Source: Actinomycetota bacterium (GTDB lineage Bacteria > Actinomycetota > UBA4738 > CALAEC01). Taken from it: a stretch of DNA of 64,000 nucleotides. Shown here one piece after another: positions 49,109 through 58,806 of this stretch (position 1 is its first letter; each line of letters opens with the position of its first letter). The translations under genes and the position numbers were made by a program. Under the pieces are notes generated by a model. The model was not told where the DNA came from, did not search any database, and saw nothing but the letters and a program-made list of their open reading frames with translations. The stretch is taken from assembly GCA_050692915.1 (NCBI GenBank), contig JBOGVU010000003.1, forward strand, positions 1,588-65,587. The letters run 5' to 3'.

Positions 49109-50998
49109 TTGCGTGGGCCGCTCCTCTACCTCGCGGTGGTGGCCCTGGCCCTGTGGCTCTTCGTCGACGTGTCCGACCGCACGGCGGCGCCCACCGAGCT
49201 GTCGTTCACCAGGCTCGAGGAGATCGCCGGGGGAGGGGACGTGGAGACCGCCACGTTCCTCGAGCGGGATCAGCTGGTCCTGGGTGAGCTGGTCGGCGGC
49301 GAGCCGTACCGCGCCGAGTACCCTCTCGAGTACCAGGACGAGCTGGTGACGAGCCTGCAGGAGGCGGGGGTGGAGGTCAACGCCGACCCGCAGAAGGGGT
49401 CGGCCCTGGTGAACGTCCTCATAAACCTGCTCCCGTTCGTCCTTCTGGTCGGCATCTTCCTGTTCATCTTCCACCAGGGCCAGGGGGGCGGGAACCGGGT
49501 GCTCCAGTTCGGCAAGTCGAAGGCCCGCCAGGTCACCAGGGACCAGCCGAAGACGACGTTCGAGGACGTCGCCGGTGTCGACGAGGCCGTCGAGGAGCTC
49601 CGCGAGGTGAAGGAGTACCTCGAGAACCCCATCAAGTTCCAGGCCATGGGGGCCAAGATCCCCAAGGGCGTCCTGCTGTACGGCCCCCCCGGGACGGGGA
49701 AGACGCTCCTGGCCAGGGCCGTGGCCGGCGAGGCCGGGGTGCCCTTCTTCTCCATCTCCGGGTCGGACTTCGTGGAGATGTTCGTGGGTGTGGGGGCGGC
49801 CCGGGTCCGGGACCTGTTCGAGCAGGCCAAGGCGAGCGCCCCGGCCATCGTGTTCATCGACGAGATCGACGCGGTGGGCCGGCACCGCGGGGCCGGCCTC
49901 GGCGGCGGCCACGACGAGCGGGAGCAGACGCTCAACCAGCTGCTTGTGGAGATGGACGGGTTCGACACGAAGACGGGCGTGATCCTGATGGCCGCCACGA
50001 ACCGTCCGGACATCCTCGACCCGGCCCTGCTCCGCCCCGGCCGGTTCGACCGGCAGGTGGTCATCGACCGGCCGGACCTCGAGGGGCGGCGGGGGATCCT
50101 CAGGGTCCACGTCCGGGGGAAGCCCCTGGACCCGAAGGTCGAGATCGACGTGGTGGCCCGCCGCACGCCCGGGTTCACCGGCGCCGACCTGGCGAACGTG
50201 CTGAACGAGGCCGCGCTCCTGGCCGCTCGGGCCGGGAAGCGCACCATCGAGATGGCCGAGTTCGAGGAGGCCGTGGACCGGGTGATGGCCGGGCCCGAGC
50301 GGAAGACCCGGCTCATCTCCGACCGGGAGAAGCGGATCATCGCCTACCACGAGGCCGGCCACGCGCTGGTGGCCCACGCCCTGCCCAACTCCGACCCGGT
50401 GCACAAGATCTCGATCATCCCCAGGGGCCGCGCCCTCGGGTACACGCAGACCCTCCCCACCGAGGACCGCTTTCTGGTGACCCGCTCGGAGATGATCGAC
50501 GAGCTGGCCATGCTCCTCGGCGGGCGGGTGGCCGAGGAGATGGTGATCGCCGACATCACCACCGGGGCCCAGAACGACCTGGAGCGGGCCACGAAGATCG
50601 CCCGGGGTATGGTCACCGAGTACGGGATGTCCGACATGCTGGGCCCGCTCACCCTGGGCCAGCGCCAGGGCGAGGTGTTCCTTGGACGCGACTTCGCCAG
50701 CCAGCCGGACTACTCGGACCAGGTGGCGTTCGAGATCGACTCCGAGGTTCGCCGCCTGATCGACGAGGCGCACGACCAGGCCCTCGACATCCTCCAGGCC
50801 GAGCGGGCCAGGCTCGACGAGATCGCCGCCGCGCTGATCGAGCACGAGACGATCGAGAAGGACGACCTGGCCAGGCTGCTGGAGGACGTGGCCAAGCGAG
50901 CCCCCAAGGAGGGGTCGCCGAAGACGGGCGCCGGGATCGCCGTGTTCCGGCGCAGCGTCCGGGCTCCCAAGGAGCCGCCCGGTGAGTCGCTCCGCTGA
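49109..50998 (+). CDS. ftsH: ATP-dependent zinc metalloprotease FtsH
   Basis: Two N-terminal TMs, AAA+ Walker A GPPGTGKT, Walker B, SRH, and protease HEAGHAL zinc motif. Confidence 0.95.
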   Translation: MRGPLLYLAVVALALWLFVDVSDRTAAPTELSFTRLEEIAGGGDVETATFLERDQLVLGELVGGEPYRAEYPLEYQDELVTSLQEAGVEVNADPQKGSALVNVLINLLPFVLLVGIFLFIFHQGQGGGNRVLQFGKSKARQVTRDQPKTTFEDVAGVDEAVEELREVKEYLENPIKFQAMGAKIPKGVLLYGPPGTGKTLLARAVAGEAGVPFFSISGSDFVEMFVGVGAARVRDLFEQAKASAPAIVFIDEIDAVGRHRGAGLGGGHDEREQTLNQLLVEMDGFDTKTGVILMAATNRPDILDPALLRPGRFDRQVVIDRPDLEGRRGILRVHVRGKPLDPKVEIDVVARRTPGFTGADLANVLNEAALLAARAGKRTIEMAEFEEAVDRVMAGPERKTRLISDREKRIIAYHEAGHALVAHALPNSDPVHKISIIPRGRALGYTQTLPTEDRFLVTRSEMIDELAMLLGGRVAEEMVIADITTGAQNDLERATKIARGMVTEYGMSDMLGPLTLGQRQGEVFLGRDFASQPDYSDQVAFEIDSEVRRLIDEAHDQALDILQAERARLDEIAAALIEHETIEKDDLARLLEDVAKRAPKEGSPKTGAGIAVFRRSVRAPKEPPGESLR

Positions 50999-51572
50999 CG
51001 GGTTCGACGCCGGCAAGGTCGAAGAGGGCGTCCGGCTAATCCTCGAAGGGATCGGCGAGGATCCCGGCCGGGAGGGCCTGAAGGACACGCCCCGTCGCGT
51101 GGCCGACATGTACCGGGAGGTCTTCGCCGGGCTCCATCAGGACCCGGAGGCCGTGGTCGACGCGGTGTTCGAGGTCGGACACGACGAGATGATCATGGTG
51201 CGGGACATCACTTTCTCGGCCTTCTGCGAGCACCACCTGGTCCCCTTCACCGGGAAGGCCCACGTCGCCTACGTGCCCGGCGAGAACGGCCGGATCACCG
51301 GGCTGTCGAAGCTGGCCAGGCTGGTGGACGTCCTGGCCACCCGGCCCCAGGTACAAGAGAACCTGACCACGGAGATCGCCGACGTCCTGGAGCGGACCCT
51401 GAAGCCCCGGGGGGTGTTCGTGGTCATCGAGGCCGAGCACCTGTGCATGTCGATGCGCGGGGTGAAGAAGCCGGGCTCGGAGACCGTGACCTCGGCGGTC
51501 CGGGGCGTGTTCCGGAGCGACCCCCGGACCCGGGCCGAGGCCATGGGCCTGATCCGCGACGGCCACCGCTAG
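50982..51572 (+). CDS. folE: GTP cyclohydrolase I
   Basis: ...FCEHHLVPF...[14 protein letters not shown] zinc-ligand motifs. Confidence 0.9.
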   Translation: MSRSADGFDAGKVEEGVRLILEGIGEDPGREGLKDTPRRVADMYREVFAGLHQDPEAVVDAVFEVGHDEMIMVRDITFSAFCEHHLVPFTGKAHVAYVPGENGRITGLSKLARLVDVLATRPQVQENLTTEIADVLERTLKPRGVFVVIEAEHLCMSMRGVKKPGSETVTSAVRGVFRSDPRTRAEAMGLIRDGHR

Positions 51573-51644
51573 TTCCTTCGTAATCGTTCCGAAATGTCCT
51601 CCTTCCTAGGGTGGCTGCGGACCCTATCGGAAGGAGGCGTCACG

Positions 51645-52034
51645 ATGCGCAGAGGCATCGTCGCAGTAACAGTGGCCGTGATCGCCGTCTTGGCTCTGGC
51701 TGGGCCGGCGAGCGCCAAGACCGGCAAGGGCCAGCTCTACCTGGACGGCGACGTCGTGGGTACGGTGGTCAACCCCGCTGCTTTGCCCCATGGGGGGACC
51801 GACCCGTTCTTCATGGTGACGAACGGCGTTGAGGACCAGCTCGGGATCGCCGGTGTGGGGCCGGGCCAGCCCGGCTACACGGGCGGGGACTGGGCGGTGT
51901 TCCGGGTCACGTTCACCGTGGCGCCGTACCTGCTGACCTCCGACGAGGCGGTGGCAGCCGCGGAGGCCGCCGGTGACGTGACCGTGACGCGGGACGCGTC
52001 GGCCGACTTCCGCTGCCCGATCACCAAGCCCTGA
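51645..52034 (+). CDS. secreted hypothetical protein
   Basis: Signal peptide MRRGIVAVTVAVIAVLALAGPASA. Confidence 0.4.
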   Translation: MRRGIVAVTVAVIAVLALAGPASAKTGKGQLYLDGDVVGTVVNPAALPHGGTDPFFMVTNGVEDQLGIAGVGPGQPGYTGGDWAVFRVTFTVAPYLLTSDEAVAAAEAAGDVTVTRDASADFRCPITKP

Positions 52035-52082
52035 CGAGACGAGGCCGAGGAGGGCGCCGGTTCCGACCGGCGCCCTCCTCCG

Positions 52083-53291
52083 TTACGCGTTGGGGAGGAC
52101 GATGGCGAATCGGGAGCCTGCGGCCGGCGAGCTCTCCACCCGGATATCCCCGCCCAGGGCCTCCACGATCCGCTTGGCCAGGGCCAGGCCCAGGCCCGAG
52201 CCCAAACCCGACCGCGATGGATCGCCGCGCCAGAACGGGTCGAACACTCGGTCCAGGGCCTCGGCCGGGATCCCCTCGCCGGTGTCCGACACCACGACCT
52301 CTACGGTGTCGTCCTGCCGATGGGCCTCGATGCGAACCGTGCCGTCGGCGGGGGTGTGCCTGATGGCGTTCTGTAGGAGGTTCTGCAGGACCCGCCCCAC
52401 TCGAGGAGAGCAGCCCGCGCTGCCCGCCCCGTCCAGCCGGCGCTCCACCACCAGGCCCTTGGCCGCGGCCTGGGCCCGGCAGGCGTCCACCGCGGACCCG
52501 ACCACGTCCTCAAGGCGGGCCCGGGAGGACTCCGCCAGGACGGCTCCCTCCTCCAGCTGGACCAGCTCGAAGAGATCGTCGACCAGCACCGACAGCGCCG
52601 CGACCTGGGCGCGAAGACCGGCCATGTATCGCCGCAGGGTCGGAGGGTCGTCCACGACGCCGTCCTCGATGGCCTCGGCCACGGCGCGGAGCCCCGCCAG
52701 CGGCGTGCGGAGGTCGTGCGAGACCGCGGTGATCAGGTCCCGCCGGGTCCGGTCGGCAGCCCGCTGCGCGGCCATCGACCTCTGAACCCGTTCGGCCATC
52801 TCGTCAAGCGTCCGGGCCAGGGCATCCAGCTCGGGCCCGGCGTTCAACGGCCCGATCCGGGCGTCCAGGTCACCCTCCGCCAATCGGGCCGTGGTCCGGG
52901 CCAGCCGGTCGACGGCCGAGGACTGGGCCCGTGAGACCACCAGGGCGGCGGCCACCCCGGCTCCCAGCGAGTACACCAGGAGGGATCCCATCAGGGCCGC
53001 GTCGTGCGGGTCGACGAACATCAGCGCGGCCAGGACGCCCAGGTTCGCCAGGCTGGCCACCGCCGCCACCAGGGCCACAGCCACCAGCCGCTGGCGGAAC
53101 GAGGCCCGGGTCAGGAGGGGCCCGGCCAGGACGGCGGCCACCACCGTGACCACCGCCGCGGGCAGCAGGAGGAGCCCGAGGTGCGTCAGCTCCGCGCCGC
53201 CCATCCCGACCGACGCCCCGACGGCGATCGAGCCCGCGGCCCCGACCGCGGCCACGGCGACCGCCAGCCCGAACGGACGCCACCCGGTCAC
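52083..53291 (-). CDS. two-component sensor histidine kinase (HAMP-HisKA-HATPase)
   Basis: GTG start overlapping the regulator TGA as GTGA. H-box AVSHDLRTPL, N-box NLLQNAIRHT, G-box DTGEGIP...GLGLALA. Confidence 0.8.
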   Translation of the reverse strand: MTGWRPFGLAVAVAAVGAAGSIAVGASVGMGGAELTHLGLLLLPAAVVTVVAAVLAGPLLTRASFRQRLVAVALVAAVASLANLGVLAALMFVDPHDAALMGSLLVYSLGAGVAAALVVSRAQSSAVDRLARTTARLAEGDLDARIGPLNAGPELDALARTLDEMAERVQRSMAAQRAADRTRRDLITAVSHDLRTPLAGLRAVAEAIEDGVVDDPPTLRRYMAGLRAQVAALSVLVDDLFELVQLEEGAVLAESSRARLEDVVGSAVDACRAQAAAKGLVVERRLDGAGSAGCSPRVGRVLQNLLQNAIRHTPADGTVRIEAHRQDDTVEVVVSDTGEGIPAEALDRVFDPFWRGDPSRSGLGSGLGLALAKRIVEALGGDIRVESSPAAGSRFAIVLPNA

Positions 53292-53989
53292 GGGTCGAAC
53301 CGGTAGCCGGCGCCCCACACCGTGATCAGGTGCCTGGGGCGTGATGGATCCCGCTCGACCTTCTCCCGGAGGCGTCGGATATGGACGGTCACGGTGGCCG
53401 GGTCGCCGTCGAAGGCGAAGTCCCACAGCTCCTCGAGCAGCTCCACCCGGCCGAACACCTGGCCGGGGTGCTGAGCCAGGAACAGGAGGAGGTCGAACTC
53501 CTTGGGTGTCAGGCCGATCAGCCTTCCCTCGACCGTGACGGTGCGAGCCGCGGGGTCGATCTCGCCGCCATCGAACGTGAGCGGGCCGTCGTCCGGCCGG
53601 CCACCGGCGGGCGATCGGCGGAGCACCGCCCGGACCCGGGCCACCACCTCCCGGGGCGAGAACGGCTTCGTGATGTAGTCGTCGGCGCCGATCTCCAGGC
53701 CCACCACCCGGTCGGTCTCCTCGCCCCTGGCCGTCAGCATGATCACCGGCGTGTCGTGGTCCTCGCGGATCCGGGTGAACACCTCGACGCCGTCGACCCC
53801 CGGCAGCATCAGGTCCAGGAGGATCAGGTCCGGCCGGTTGGCGGCGAAGGCGTTCAGAGCGCCCTCGCCGTCCTCGGCGCTGTCGACCTGGAAACCGCCC
53901 TTCGACAGGTATCGGGTCAGGACGTCACGGACGATCGACTCGTCGTCCACGACCAGCACGCGTGGGTTCACGATCCCATTCTCGACCAA
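53288..53989 (-). CDS. OmpR/PhoB-family response regulator
   Basis: RVLVVDDESIVRDVL...DLILLDLMLPGVDG...TKPF, plus a winged-helix domain. Confidence 0.85.
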   Translation of the reverse strand: MVENGIVNPRVLVVDDESIVRDVLTRYLSKGGFQVDSAEDGEGALNAFAANRPDLILLDLMLPGVDGVEVFTRIREDHDTPVIMLTARGEETDRVVGLEIGADDYITKPFSPREVVARVRAVLRRSPAGGRPDDGPLTFDGGEIDPAARTVTVEGRLIGLTPKEFDLLLFLAQHPGQVFGRVELLEELWDFAFDGDPATVTVHIRRLREKVERDPSRPRHLITVWGAGYRFDP

Positions 53990-54004
53990 ACGCCTTACCA
54001 GGGT

Positions 54005-54018
54005 CTTACGGCCGTAAG
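54005..54018. promoter_or_regulatory. perfect 14-bp palindrome CTTACGGCCGTAAG followed by repeated TACGG/CGTAAC half-sites in the regulator / DM13 divergent intergenic region
   Basis: Self-complementary 14-mer. Repeated ccgtaacg, gctacgg and actacgg half-sites nearby. Confidence 0.35.
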
Positions 54019-54070
54019 GACCCCGTAACGTTCGGGTCGCTACGGTGGTGGAACTACGGGAGGGAGCTCA

Positions 54071-54598
54071 TTGGACATCGTGGGAACGATCAGACGGCAT
54101 CCCGGTCGGACCGCCGGGGTGGTGGCGCTGGGGCTGGCCGTGGCGGTAGCGGGGTTCCTGTGGTTCCGGCCGGACCGGCTGTTCACCGACGACGCCGTCG
54201 ACGAGGCCCTCCCGGGGCAGGCGGCTCCGGCGGAGGCCGAGCCCGCCGAGGCCGCTTCCGCCACGGTGGCCCAGGGGCGGTTCATCTCCCTCGAGCACCA
54301 GACCACCGGCCGGGCGCTAGTCCTGGACACCGAGGAGGGGCGGCGATTCCTGCGATTCGAGGGGTTCGAGACCTCGAACGGGCCGGACCTCCTCGTGTAC
54401 CTGTCGACCAAGGAGCCGGCCGGCACCGACGACTGGTACGGCTACGATCAGGACTTCGTGGATCTGGGGACGTTGAAGGGGAACGTGGGGAACCAGAACT
54501 ACCGGATCCCCGACGGCGTCGACCTCGACCGCTACTCGACCGCCGTGGTGTGGTGCCGGCGGTTCGAGGTCGGGTTCGCCGCGGCCGTGCTGTCCTGA
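54071..54598 (+). CDS. membrane-anchored DM13-domain protein
   Basis: N-terminal TM. ...GRFISLEHQTTGRALVLDTEEGRRFLRFEGFETSNGPDLLVYLS... matches the DM13 pattern as I remember it. Confidence 0.55.
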   Translation: MDIVGTIRRHPGRTAGVVALGLAVAVAGFLWFRPDRLFTDDAVDEALPGQAAPAEAEPAEAASATVAQGRFISLEHQTTGRALVLDTEEGRRFLRFEGFETSNGPDLLVYLSTKEPAGTDDWYGYDQDFVDLGTLKGNVGNQNYRIPDGVDLDRYSTAVVWCRRFEVGFAAAVLS

Positions 54599-55746
54599 TC
54601 GCGGCGAAGCAGCCCCAGGGCCACCGGCGGGAACGCCACCACCGACAGGAGACCGGCGGCGATCATCGCCGAGGCGGTGGTCTGGGCCAGGACCTCCAGC
54701 GCCAGGCCGATCTCGGCGGCGGCCACGATGAAGGGGAGGGAGGTGGCCTGGAGAAGTGCCGCGGCGGCCACCTCCCGCCGGCCGAGCACCCGGCGATACA
54801 GGAGGGCGGGGATCCCCCGGGCCAGCAGGAGCCCGGCCAGGAACACGGGGATCCGGGCCACGGCCGACGGGTCGTTGAGGAGTGCCTCGAGGTCGAAGCG
54901 CAGGCCGCTGGAGACGAAGAACACCGGGATCAGGAACCCGTACCCCAGAGCCTCGAGCTTGGTTCGGGTCTGGGGGTGTCGCTCCACCATGTCCCGGTCC
55001 ACCAGCCGGAGGATCCCTCCGGCCACGAACGCTCCCAGGATGACCTCCAGGCCCAGCCGCTCCGCCAGCACCACGAACAGCAGCATGAGCACCACCGCTC
55101 CCCGAACCCTGATCTGGGCCGTGGTGTCCTGGAGCCGGACCAGGACCGATGACACCCCCGTGTACCTGGTCACCCCGGCCAGGACCAGGCCGACCAGCAC
55201 GGCCAGGACGGCCACGCCGCCGAGGAGCACGGCCGTGGCCGCCTGACCTCCGGCCTCGCCGGAGAAGAGCAGGGACAGCAGGATGATGGCCCCGAAGTCC
55301 GCGATCGACGCGGCCCCGATCACCAGCTGCCCGAGATCCGACTCGGCCCTGCCCGAGTCCGCCAGCACCGGGACCACCAGTCCGAGCGAGGTGGCCGCCA
55401 GCATGATCGCCACCAGGAGCGCGTTCTCCACCAGGCCCACGGCACGGAAGGTGAGCGCCACGGCCAGCGCCACGACCAGGGAGACCACGAAGCCGAGGGA
55501 GGCCAGGCGGGACAGCCGTCCGCGAAGCCGGTGGAAATCGATCTCCAGGCCGGCCAGGAACAGCAGGAAGGCCAGACCGAGTAGGGCCAGGATGGAGATC
55601 GGCTCATCGACCTGCACCCACCCGAGCACCGACGGCCCCAGCACGATCCCGGCCACGATCTCCAGGACCGCCGCGGGCAGCCGCAGTCGGGGGAGCAGGC
55701 CCAGCAGGAGTGGTGCCGCGAACGCCACCGCCCCCACGATCAGCAA
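54532..55746 (-). CDS. cation:proton antiporter (Na+/H+ exchanger family)
   Basis: About 12 TMs. AVLEIVAGIVLGPSVLG...LLFLAGLEID typical CPA motif. Confidence 0.75.
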   Translation of the reverse strand: MLIVGAVAFAAPLLLGLLPRLRLPAAVLEIVAGIVLGPSVLGWVQVDEPISILALLGLAFLLFLAGLEIDFHRLRGRLSRLASLGFVVSLVVALAVALTFRAVGLVENALLVAIMLAATSLGLVVPVLADSGRAESDLGQLVIGAASIADFGAIILLSLLFSGEAGGQAATAVLLGGVAVLAVLVGLVLAGVTRYTGVSSVLVRLQDTTAQIRVRGAVVLMLLFVVLAERLGLEVILGAFVAGGILRLVDRDMVERHPQTRTKLEALGYGFLIPVFFVSSGLRFDLEALLNDPSAVARIPVFLAGLLLARGIPALLYRRVLGRREVAAAALLQATSLPFIVAAAEIGLALEVLAQTTASAMIAAGLLSVVAFPPVALGLLRRDQDSTAAANPTSNRRHHTTAVE

Positions 55747-55774
55747 GCTCGAGAGCGAGACCGACGACTCCGTG

Positions 55775-56704
55775 TCAGGCCCTCGGCTTCGTGTCGTCCA
55801 CCCGGTGGACGGGGTGGCCGCCGAACTGGTTCCTGAGCAGCGCCACCGCCTTGGCCGCCGGCCAATCGAGATCCCGGTACTGCATCAGCTGCTGCTGTGC
55901 GTGTGCGGTGACCGGGGTGGGGATGTCCTGGTCCAGGGCCCAGTTCAGGACCCACTTGACCTCATCCGTGTCCTCCACGTACGTGGAGAGCCGCTCCCAG
56001 GCCGCCTCGTCGTTCCGCCCCAAGGCGTTCCCCATCAGCTCAACGAGCCACGAGCGGATCACCGACCCGTGGTTCCAGTTCACGAACAGCGCCGGCAGGT
56101 CCAGCTCGTAGTCCGATCGCCGGAGCATCTCGACACCCTCGGCGATCGACTGGATCATCCTGAACTCGATGGCGTTGTGGATCAGCTTGACGAAGTGGCC
56201 GGCCCCTCCGCCCTGGCCCGCGTGGATCACGGCCTCCGGTGAGACGGCCAGGTCGATCAGGAGAGGCTCGATCACCTCGTACGCCTCTCGGGGCCCTCCA
56301 ACCATGAAGCACGCCCCGGTCCGAGCGCCCTCGATCCCGCCGCTGGTGCCCATGTCCAGGAACCGGATGCCCTTGTCGGCGAAGGCGGCGTGCCGCCGCC
56401 GGGAGTCCATCCAGTGGGAGTTCCCCCCGTCGACCAGGATGTCGTCCTCGTCGAGGAGGCCGAGCAGGTCGGTGGCCACGCGGTCGGTGATCTCGCCGTG
56501 GGGCACGTACAGCAGGATCACCCGGGGCGGGGCCAGCTTCGCCGTGAGGTCCTCGAGGGACGCCGCCGGTTCGACCCCCTCCCCGGCGAGGGCGGTGCGG
56601 GCCTCCTCGCTGGGGTCGAAGCCGACCACCTCATGGCCCTTGTCGCGCGCGTGACGGGCGATGTTCGCCCCCATCCTCCCCAGTCCGACGATGCCGAATC
56701 GCAT
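55775..56704 (-). CDS. gnd: 6-phosphogluconate dehydrogenase, short NAD(P)-type (Gnd-like/YqeC)
   Basis: MRFGIVGLGRMGANIARH Rossmann. GGGAGGGA RBS. Its ATG overlaps the debranching-enzyme TGA by 1 nt. The upstream part of track ORF 55775..58417 is an artefact. Confidence 0.85.
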   Translation of the reverse strand: MRFGIVGLGRMGANIARHARDKGHEVVGFDPSEEARTALAGEGVEPAASLEDLTAKLAPPRVILLYVPHGEITDRVATDLLGLLDEDDILVDGGNSHWMDSRRRHAAFADKGIRFLDMGTSGGIEGARTGACFMVGGPREAYEVIEPLLIDLAVSPEAVIHAGQGGGAGHFVKLIHNAIEFRMIQSIAEGVEMLRRSDYELDLPALFVNWNHGSVIRSWLVELMGNALGRNDEAAWERLSTYVEDTDEVKWVLNWALDQDIPTPVTAHAQQQLMQYRDLDWPAAKAVALLRNQFGGHPVHRVDDTKPRA

Positions 56705-58806
56705 CAGGTCCCTCCCTTCGTGATCTCGCCATCGGTCCCCTTGGCCCACAGGTCCCACCGGGACCCGGCGCCGTGCACCCCCTTCAGCCCGACCCGGTCG
56801 AGGTCCGCGGGGACCAGTGGGTCGATGACCAGCTCGCCGGACCTCGCCTCCAGCCCCAGGGCCAGCCGGAACCATAGGAACGGCGCCCCGGTGGCCCAGG
56901 CCTGGGGGCTCGAAGCGGTCGGGTAGCGGACGGGGAACGGGGCCTCGTCGCGCGAGTACCCGGCGAACACCTCCGGGAGCCGGAACTCGGTGTACGCGGA
57001 GGCCGCCAGCATGGCGCTGGCGATCTGGTTGGCCTCCTCGCGGAGGCCGTACCGGGCCAGGCCTGCGGCGATCAGCGAGTTGTCGTGGGGCCACACCGTC
57101 CCGATGTGGTAGCCGATCGGGCTGTACCCCAGGTCGTCCCAGGACATGGTCCGGACCCCCCATCCCGACCACATCGCCGGGGTGAACAGCTGGCGGGCCA
57201 GCACCCGGGCCCGGTCGTTCGGCACGATCCCGGACCACAGGAGGTGGCCCATGTTCGAGGTCATCGAGTCGATCGGCCGCTTGTCGCGGTCGAGGCCGAC
57301 CGCGTAGTAGCCGCCCCGGCCGTCGAGCCAGAAGTCCTGGTTGAACCGCTCGGCCAGGGCCTGCGCGTCGGACCGGAGCCTTTCGGCCAGGTCTTGGTCC
57401 CGCCACACTCGCTCGGCCAGCTCGGCCACGCGGACCCGGGCGTCGTAGGCGTACCCCTGGACCTCGGCCGGGGCGATGGGTACCTCGGGGACGGAGCCGT
57501 CGGCGAACAGGAGCCCGTTCCAGGAGTCCTTCCACGACTGGGTCCGGAGGCCCTGGGGCGAGCGGGTGGCGTACTCCACGTACCCGTCGCCGTCGAGATC
57601 GCCGTACCGCTCGATCCACTCCAGGGCCCGGCGGGCGTTCTGCTCGAGCTGCCGGACCGGGCCCTCGTCCCCGGTCCACCGCCAGTACTCGTGGAGGACG
57701 ATCAGCCACAGCGGGGTCGAATCGAGGGAGCCGTAGTAGGGCCGGTGAGGCTTCTGGCCCAGGGCGGTGAGCTCGCCGTACCGGATCTCGTGAAGGATCT
57801 TGCCGGGCTCCTCGTCCTTGAAGTCGTTCATCTCGGTCCCCTGGTAGCCCGCCAGCGCGGTGAGCGCTCCCTTGGCCAGGTCGGGGCCCACCCACATCGA
57901 CTGGTATGAGGTGATCAGGGTGTCCCGCCCGAAGATGGCCATGAACCAGGGCAACCCGGCCGCCGGGAGCGAGTACTCGTTCCCCTCCACGCAGGCCTGG
58001 AGGCGCAGCGCGGCCAGGTCGATCACCGAGCGCTCCATCGTGTGCCACACGACGTCGAACCCGCCGGTCACCTCGGGGACCTCGGCCTGCCACTTCTTCA
58101 GCACCCGGGTGGCCTGGCGCTCCGGCGCCCCGAAGGTGTCGTGGGTCGGCTCCTTCACCTCGTCGTCGAGGTGCACCAGGACCTCGATGCCGGTGTGCCA
58201 CTCGGCCAGCGGCTCGATCCGCACCCGCCACAGGAGGTCGTCGCCGTCGACGCGAGCGTCCACGGAGGCGTGGACCTTGGTGGCCACTCGGAAGGCCTCG
58301 TGCTCGTACTCGAACGAGAGCAGCGACTGCCCCGGGTCGTGGTGGGTCGAGAGACGGCCGGCCTTCCGGAACTCCTTCCCCTTGACCTCGAACAGGTCGG
58401 CGAAGTCGGCGCCGCACGACAGCCGGACCTCCAGGTCCACGGGCTCCCGGAGATGGTTCCGGACCCGGATCGTCTCCCGCATCCCGTCACCCACGAACCG
58501 GTGGCGCCGGATCGTCATGCTCTTGGCGGCGATCTCCCCGAGGTCCGGGTTCGTGGTGAAGAACGTGGCCGAGTAGTAGTCGACCTCGCGCGAAGTGAGC
58601 ACCACGGGCGTGGCCCCGTTCACGGTGAGCACGAACCGGTTCAGGTGCCGCGTGTCCTCGTGGTACAGGCCGGCCACCGAGCCCGGGAGGACGTCGCCCA
58701 GTGGATCGGACAGCATGAACGTTGCGCCCTCCAGGACCTGGATGGCCCCCGGCGGCAGGTCGACCTGGGCCCCCTGCTGCTCGACCCTCTTCTCGGCCTC
58801 CGTCAT
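56704..58806 (-). CDS. glycogen debranching enzyme (GDE_N + amylo-alpha-1,6-glucosidase GDE_C type)
   Basis: 700 aa from MTEAEKRV. ...GLPWFMAIFGRDTLITS...GYVEY...SWKDSW...GHLLWSGI... (alpha/alpha toroid). ATGA overlap with the upstream dehydrogenase. Confidence 0.8.
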   Translation of the reverse strand: MTEAEKRVEQQGAQVDLPPGAIQVLEGATFMLSDPLGDVLPGSVAGLYHEDTRHLNRFVLTVNGATPVVLTSREVDYYSATFFTTNPDLGEIAAKSMTIRRHRFVGDGMRETIRVRNHLREPVDLEVRLSCGADFADLFEVKGKEFRKAGRLSTHHDPGQSLLSFEYEHEAFRVATKVHASVDARVDGDDLLWRVRIEPLAEWHTGIEVLVHLDDEVKEPTHDTFGAPERQATRVLKKWQAEVPEVTGGFDVVWHTMERSVIDLAALRLQACVEGNEYSLPAAGLPWFMAIFGRDTLITSYQSMWVGPDLAKGALTALAGYQGTEMNDFKDEEPGKILHEIRYGELTALGQKPHRPYYGSLDSTPLWLIVLHEYWRWTGDEGPVRQLEQNARRALEWIERYGDLDGDGYVEYATRSPQGLRTQSWKDSWNGLLFADGSVPEVPIAPAEVQGYAYDARVRVAELAERVWRDQDLAERLRSDAQALAERFNQDFWLDGRGGYYAVGLDRDKRPIDSMTSNMGHLLWSGIVPNDRARVLARQLFTPAMWSGWGVRTMSWDDLGYSPIGYHIGTVWPHDNSLIAAGLARYGLREEANQIASAMLAASAYTEFRLPEVFAGYSRDEAPFPVRYPTASSPQAWATGAPFLWFRLALGLEARSGELVIDPLVPADLDRVGLKGVHGAGSRWDLWAKGTDGEITKGGT

